Shown piece after piece: positions 59,533-64,000 of a DNA stretch of 64,000 nt (position 1 is the first letter of the stretch; every line of letters begins with the position of its first letter). The notes under the pieces are model-generated. The model searched no databases. It saw only the letters and a program-made list of their open reading frames with translations, and had not been told where the DNA came from. The stretch comes from an uncultured virus (IMG/VR IMGVR_UViG_3300023184_000085) (taxonomy: Duplodnaviria > Heunggongvirae > Uroviricota > Caudoviricetes), in IMG/VR virus record IMGVR_UViG_3300023184_000085; one strand, 5' to 3'. The translations under genes and the position numbers were made by a program.

Positions 59533-60609
59533 ATGCTTTCATCAGAACAACAAAGTGCAATAGATCATCTTTTTCACAATCATCAAAAACAACAAGTGCA
59601 AACTCTTGGTGGATATGCCGGAACTGGCAAGACCACCATTATCAGCAATCTTGTCGATAAATACGAAGAAGCTGGAATAAGACCAATCGTTCTTGCGTAT
59701 ACAGGAAAAGCAGTAAATGTTTTAAAAAACAAAGAAGTACCATGTCAAACAATTCATAGCCTACTTTATACTCCGATGATTGATATAGAAGGTAATGTTG
59801 AAGGATGGATGCCAGTATGCAGCTATAATATAACAAAAAATTGCGACATTATAATCGTAGATGAATCCTCTATGGTCGATTCTGTGATCTATAACGACTT
59901 AAAAAACACAGGACTGCCTTTGATATTTGTTGGAGATCATGGTCAATTAGAACCAATTAGCAATACTAATGATTTTAATTTAATGCGTGATCCAGATTTA
60001 AAATTAGAAGAAATACATAGAAATTCTGGAGAAATAGCTCACTTTGCTGAACATCTAAGAAAAGGTAAATCGCCAGCATCTTTCCCTAGTAGCAGTCGAG
60101 TTCAAATCGTAACTTGTTCAGCCGTTAAACCAAAGCATTACGCAGATTACGATCAAGTAATATGTCTTTATAATAAAACTAGAACAAAAATAAATATCAC
60201 AGTAAGAGAATATAAGAAAATTCATTTTTCATATATTGCGATTGGTGAAAAAATAATATGCCTAAAAAACAATCATCTTGAAGGACTATTCAATGGAATG
60301 CAAGGAATAGTAACAAAAGTTCATAAAAATGAAAAACTATCTTTTACATCTAACAATGTAAATTACAAAAATGTACCATACGATCCTGATCAGTTTGGAA
60401 AAGAAAAAAATGATTTCAGAAAAGAAAGAAGCACTAAAAATCCTTTCGATTACGCATACGCAATAACATGTCACAAAGCCCAAGGAGATGAATGGGATGA
60501 TATAATTGTATATGAAGAAGTAAATAATTTTTGCGATACATCCCGCTGGCGATATACAGCTGCTAGTCGTGCCAGAAATAGCATCATTTGGATTCCAACT
60601 TTATTTTAA
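59533..60609 (+). CDS. Dda/RecD-like SF1B helicase
   Basis: GYAGTGKT, TIHSLLY, DESSM, GDHGQL, TCHKAQG and YTAASRA motifs. Confidence 0.93.
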   Translation: MLSSEQQSAIDHLFHNHQKQQVQTLGGYAGTGKTTIISNLVDKYEEAGIRPIVLAYTGKAVNVLKNKEVPCQTIHSLLYTPMIDIEGNVEGWMPVCSYNITKNCDIIIVDESSMVDSVIYNDLKNTGLPLIFVGDHGQLEPISNTNDFNLMRDPDLKLEEIHRNSGEIAHFAEHLRKGKSPASFPSSSRVQIVTCSAVKPKHYADYDQVICLYNKTRTKINITVREYKKIHFSYIAIGEKIICLKNNHLEGLFNGMQGIVTKVHKNEKLSFTSNNVNYKNVPYDPDQFGKEKNDFRKERSTKNPFDYAYAITCHKAQGDEWDDIIVYEEVNNFCDTSRWRYTAASRARNSIIWIPTLF

Positions 60610-60630
60610 TTTTGATCAATATATAATTAT

Positions 60631-61470
60631 ATGTTAAGTATATTTGTAATATATTCTGTAGACAGAATAGAACAGTTTGAAATATTCTATGAATGTTTAC
60701 AAGAAATGCCGGGATACGAAGATTGTCAAAAAATATTAATTGTAGACGGCAAAGAAACTAATGTTTATCCAGAAGATTTTGAAATATTTTTCTGCGAAAG
60801 ACCAAACAAACATTTTAATTGGGCAGCAGCTTGGAATCTTGGGGTCGAAAAATCAGCATACGAAAAAATATGGTATCTAGATTCTGACAGAATATTGCCA
60901 ATACATTATTTGCAAACATTACAACGAAAAATAAAAGATAATACTTTTATTTATTCTTCTCAAATAGTCGCTATGAAACAACATTGTTCTATAGATTTCA
61001 TAAAAGAATGCCGACAAAATCCATATCTTCATTGGGATTCATATGCAGAAGATTATAGACTTCCATGTCCTCCGAACATGGAATTTCTAAGCATGGGTAA
61101 AAATCCAATGAGTGGAAACACTGGTTTCACCAAAACAAGTTATTATAAATCAGGAGGATTGAGTCTTGCGTTTGAAGGACCAGCCTTGGCTGATACAGAT
61201 TATTATTATAAAACTTATTTAAAAAGATTCGATTTTGAAACTATACCATGTTTAGAATTACACTTGAAACATAATTATTCGATTTCAGGCAAAGAACGTG
61301 ATATTATGTATATGTACAATGCGATTAAAATATGCAAAAAATACAATTTAAAGCCAAGCGTAAAACTACAAGAAAGAATTAAAAACAACAACATAGACAT
61401 TAGTTTTGCTAAATACGATATTGATAAATTTTTAGAACTGTGTCAAAACAACAAAATAAAATCATTTTAA
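60631..61470 (+). CDS. GT-A glycosyltransferase (GT2/GT7-like)
   Basis: ILIVDG, FNWAAAWNLG, DSD, GGL..FEG...D and HLKH motifs. Confidence 0.75.
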   Translation: MLSIFVIYSVDRIEQFEIFYECLQEMPGYEDCQKILIVDGKETNVYPEDFEIFFCERPNKHFNWAAAWNLGVEKSAYEKIWYLDSDRILPIHYLQTLQRKIKDNTFIYSSQIVAMKQHCSIDFIKECRQNPYLHWDSYAEDYRLPCPPNMEFLSMGKNPMSGNTGFTKTSYYKSGGLSLAFEGPALADTDYYYKTYLKRFDFETIPCLELHLKHNYSISGKERDIMYMYNAIKICKKYNLKPSVKLQERIKNNNIDISFAKYDIDKFLELCQNNKIKSF

Positions 61471-62915
61471 ACAATCAAAGCCTCATCCAAAGTCACTTCT
61501 TTAATAATATGACCTTGATCTTTTAAAATTTTAATGCGTTTTTTGCTATGTTCTAATAAATAAGGATTTATATCAAATATGAAATCAAAATACTTTAAGT
61601 CTTCTTTATCTGAAGACACTCTCAATCCACGACCCATACGCTGTATGATTTGATGATCGGCTTGTCCACCAGCCGCATTAATCAATTGATGTAAAAAAAC
61701 ATTAATTCCGGTATTAAATATTTGTTGAGTCGCAATAGCTATTAAATTTTCCTTACTATGTTGCAATTCTTTTATTACAAATTTCCTCGTTGCCGAATCG
61801 TCTTTTCCTTGAACCCATAAAGAGTTTGGAATTATTTTATGTAATGTATCTCCGTGTGCGATTCTATCCACCAAAATCAAAGTTCTTCCTTTTTGTCTTA
61901 TTGCTATTTCTTTAACCATATCATGAAACTCGTTGTTTTCCGCTATGCCTCTGGTTACAGCATCGATATAAATATCGTGTGGCAAATCAGGCGATTTGAC
62001 TGGTATAAAATAACCTTTTGATGCAGATAATATACCTCTGTTTTGTAATTCTTTAGTGGTTAGAATTCCAGACTCTACAGAATTTGTTTTAAGTACTGGA
62101 CCAAAAAATCCTTTCACACCATACTTTTGTACCTTGTCTTTTTCTCCAAATTTGAATGGAGTGGCACTCAATGCAACTCTTATATCAGTTCCTTTTAACT
62201 TCTTGTAAACAGATTTAGGACCCGATGACATCATGTCGTGTATTTCATCGACTATAAGAACCTTTATTTTCGGCAAAAGATTTTCAATTTTTGAAATCGA
62301 TTGAACACTTGCAACAGTTATTATGTTGGGATTTACTTCTTTTCCCCATAGACAGCCAACATTGGGTATGTCCCAGCTTTTAATTTCTTCGTAGTTTTGT
62401 GATGCCAATCCAACTCTGTTTTGCAAAACCAATATAGGAGTATTAGGTGGCAATGATTTTATTATACTCACCATAATAAAACTTTTACCAGCAGATGTAG
62501 GAGCGTAAATAACTCCTCTCTTGTGTTTTATAATTTGATTCACAAAATCAACTTGATAGTCATGCAATTCGAGACTTGGATTTTTAAATTTAAGATAATC
62601 TTTGTCTATGCTTTCAACCGCAAATTTAGTTTTAGCTCTTTTATCGTTGTATGATATTTTAAGATTATGATGTTTTATCACCAAGATTACTTCTGGCAAT
62701 AATCCAGTCAAAAATTTACCGCTAGTCTTATTGAAAAAATCAATGTATCCATCCCATAACTTTTGTTTGTATCTTCTATTGTGGAAATAATTTCTATCTC
62801 TAAATCTAAGACTTTGCCATAAAATATTTAGAATGTCTTGATTGGTGGTGGTACAAATAGAAACATCGTTGTTTATGGTCAAAACAACATCGTGATCTTC
62901 CAGACTATTCGACAT
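61467..62915 (-). CDS. UvsW-like SF2 helicase
   Basis: DYQ, PTSAGKS, DEIH, SATP and QRMGRGLR motifs. Confidence 0.92.
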   Translation of the reverse strand: MSNSLEDHDVVLTINNDVSICTTTNQDILNILWQSLRFRDRNYFHNRRYKQKLWDGYIDFFNKTSGKFLTGLLPEVILVIKHHNLKISYNDKRAKTKFAVESIDKDYLKFKNPSLELHDYQVDFVNQIIKHKRGVIYAPTSAGKSFIMVSIIKSLPPNTPILVLQNRVGLASQNYEEIKSWDIPNVGCLWGKEVNPNIITVASVQSISKIENLLPKIKVLIVDEIHDMMSSGPKSVYKKLKGTDIRVALSATPFKFGEKDKVQKYGVKGFFGPVLKTNSVESGILTTKELQNRGILSASKGYFIPVKSPDLPHDIYIDAVTRGIAENNEFHDMVKEIAIRQKGRTLILVDRIAHGDTLHKIIPNSLWVQGKDDSATRKFVIKELQHSKENLIAIATQQIFNTGINVFLHQLINAAGGQADHQIIQRMGRGLRVSSDKEDLKYFDFIFDINPYLLEHSKKRIKILKDQGHIIKEVTLDEALIV

Positions 62916-62930
62916 TTTGGTTTCTCTAAT

Positions 62931-63524
62931 TTAAAAATGTATTTTGTATTTACGCCTAATCAGCTTTATTACTTGTATAGCATCATCCACAGCATTATGC
63001 GTTACCTTTTCCTTGATGGAAGCTCTATCCAGACATGTTTCCATGTTGGGCAAATGATTGTCTTTTAAATGATCAAAATATAGTATAGCAGGATCTATCA
63101 CCCTAGATCGAAACGAAATGTTAGACCAATCATTTTTTTGTATTTTTTCTTGCAAGAACATTAAATCAAATGTTGCGAAGTTTTTACCAGCAACATTTAA
63201 GTATATTTTCTCATTATCATCGTTGTAACCGTTTACGAAAAGAAAATTACTCAATCTTGTGAACAATTCTTCTGGATAACAGATGTAAGGCGAATTATTT
63301 TCGACTTTGTTCGAAATGTCTAATAATATATTTCTACTATGTATCTTAATCGCTTTAGGATCGACACAATAAGGTTCTTTTTTATTTAAATGATAATGAA
63401 AAACTGGTAAGTCTTTTATTGGCAAAGGATTCTTCAAATCATCAAGAACTGCTGCAAATTCTAAAATATCATGATTCTTAGGATCTAATCCGCTTGTTTC
63501 AATATCTATAGATGCGTATTTCAT
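62931..63524 (-). CDS. DEDDh 3'-5' exonuclease
   Basis: DIETSG, NFATFD and HNAVDD motifs. Confidence 0.9.
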   Translation of the reverse strand: MKYASIDIETSGLDPKNHDILEFAAVLDDLKNPLPIKDLPVFHYHLNKKEPYCVDPKAIKIHSRNILLDISNKVENNSPYICYPEELFTRLSNFLFVNGYNDDNEKIYLNVAGKNFATFDLMFLQEKIQKNDWSNISFRSRVIDPAILYFDHLKDNHLPNMETCLDRASIKEKVTHNAVDDAIQVIKLIRRKYKIHF

Positions 63525-63572
63525 CGTGACTTCCTTATCTTGTTGGGCTGTAATAACGAACAAAAATTACGA

Positions 63573-63722
63573 TCAAATGTCGTCACATGATTTTTCTTCA
63601 TTGTTATCGCCTTGTTCTATTTTCTTTTTTCTTTCAGATAACAATTGACAAAGCTCTTGATATAAAGAAGGATCTTCCATTTGTATACTGGCCAAAATCC
63701 AATCTGATATGTTAGGACTCAT
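63573..63722 (-). CDS. Small hypothetical protein (49 aa, absent from the ORF track)
   Basis: GGAG RBS; MSPNISDWILASIQMEDPSLYQELC... Confidence 0.5.
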   Translation of the reverse strand: MSPNISDWILASIQMEDPSLYQELCQLLSERKKKIEQGDNNEEKSCDDI

Positions 63723-63786
63723 GTTGACTCCAATTATTAAAAGATCAGAGTACCTTAGAATTCAAAAAAGTAAATGCGAGAATTAA

Positions 63787-64000
63787 ATGAATTTCCCTTC
63801 ATTCGATGAAACTTCTATCTTGATAAAAACTCCTTTTTTTAAGATAGAACCAAAAATAATAGAAAACAACATTCCAAAAAAAATACATCAATTGTGGATA
63901 GGAAGCAAAAAACCACCTTTAGATTGGATGCACACATGGAAAATAAAAAATCCTGATTACGAATACATTCTTTGGGATGAAGAAAAAATCGAAAAAGAAA
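63787..64000 (+). CDS. GT32-type glycosyltransferase, truncated by the window end
   Basis: Manual translation IPKKIHQLWIG...WKIKNPDYEYILWDE. Confidence 0.8.
   Translation, partial: MNFPSFDETSILIKTPFFKIEPKIIENNIPKKIHQLWIGSKKPPLDWMHTWKIKNPDYEYILWDEEKIEKE

Noticed and set aside
52678..62915. Inteins or introns in RNR, gp46 or the helicases
   Set aside because: Protein lengths are ordinary, motifs are contiguous, and no intein splice motifs or homing endonuclease ORFs were seen.
1..64000. Stop-codon reassignment
   Set aside because: Conserved genes (sheath, PyrG, RNR, gp46/47, helicases) are full length in the standard code and coding density is high.
1..64000. Eukaryotic giant virus or bacterial chromosome origin
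   Set aside because: Sheath, tube and neck genes, Shine-Dalgarno motifs and T4-like recombination genes indicate a tailed bacteriophage despite the GT47/GT32 genes.

Overview
AT-rich, gene-dense 64-kb segment of a large T4-like (contractile-tailed, probably jumbo) phage genome, read in the standard code and switching strand often. It has a dispersed morphogenesis set: gp13- and gp14-like neck proteins, gp15-like tail terminator, tail sheath, two tail-tube paralogs and a gp26-like hub/chaperone. Replication, recombination and nucleotide genes include gp46/gp47 (SbcCD-like), UvsW-like and Dda/RecD-like helicases, an Hjc-like resolvase, a DEDDh exonuclease, a Prim-Pol domain, CTP synthase and a probable class II RNR. 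There is also a sigma-factor-like protein, a MoxR-type AAA+/VWA pair, several proteases, seven glycosyltransferase-like genes plus a sugar aminotransferase, a phiEco32-like COOH-NH2 ligase and a class II glutamine amidotransferase. Main signals not shown by the ORF track: (1) an orphan TnpB/IS607-type omega-RNA-like element with its pairing apparently intact, including a pseudoknot, upstream of a virion gene, with no tnpB in the window; (2) a -1 ribosomal frameshift cassette (T TTT TTC, 5-nt spacer, 7-bp hairpin) that would fuse the gp26-like gene to an unannotated extension; (3) about 13 scattered genes whose N-termini resemble the T4 capsid-targeting sequence; (4) a degenerate second copy of the RNR 3' end flanking an orphan gene; (5) a candidate terminated small RNA. 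No tRNA, rRNA or CRISPR array was seen. All family assignments come from motif recognition by eye, not database searches.
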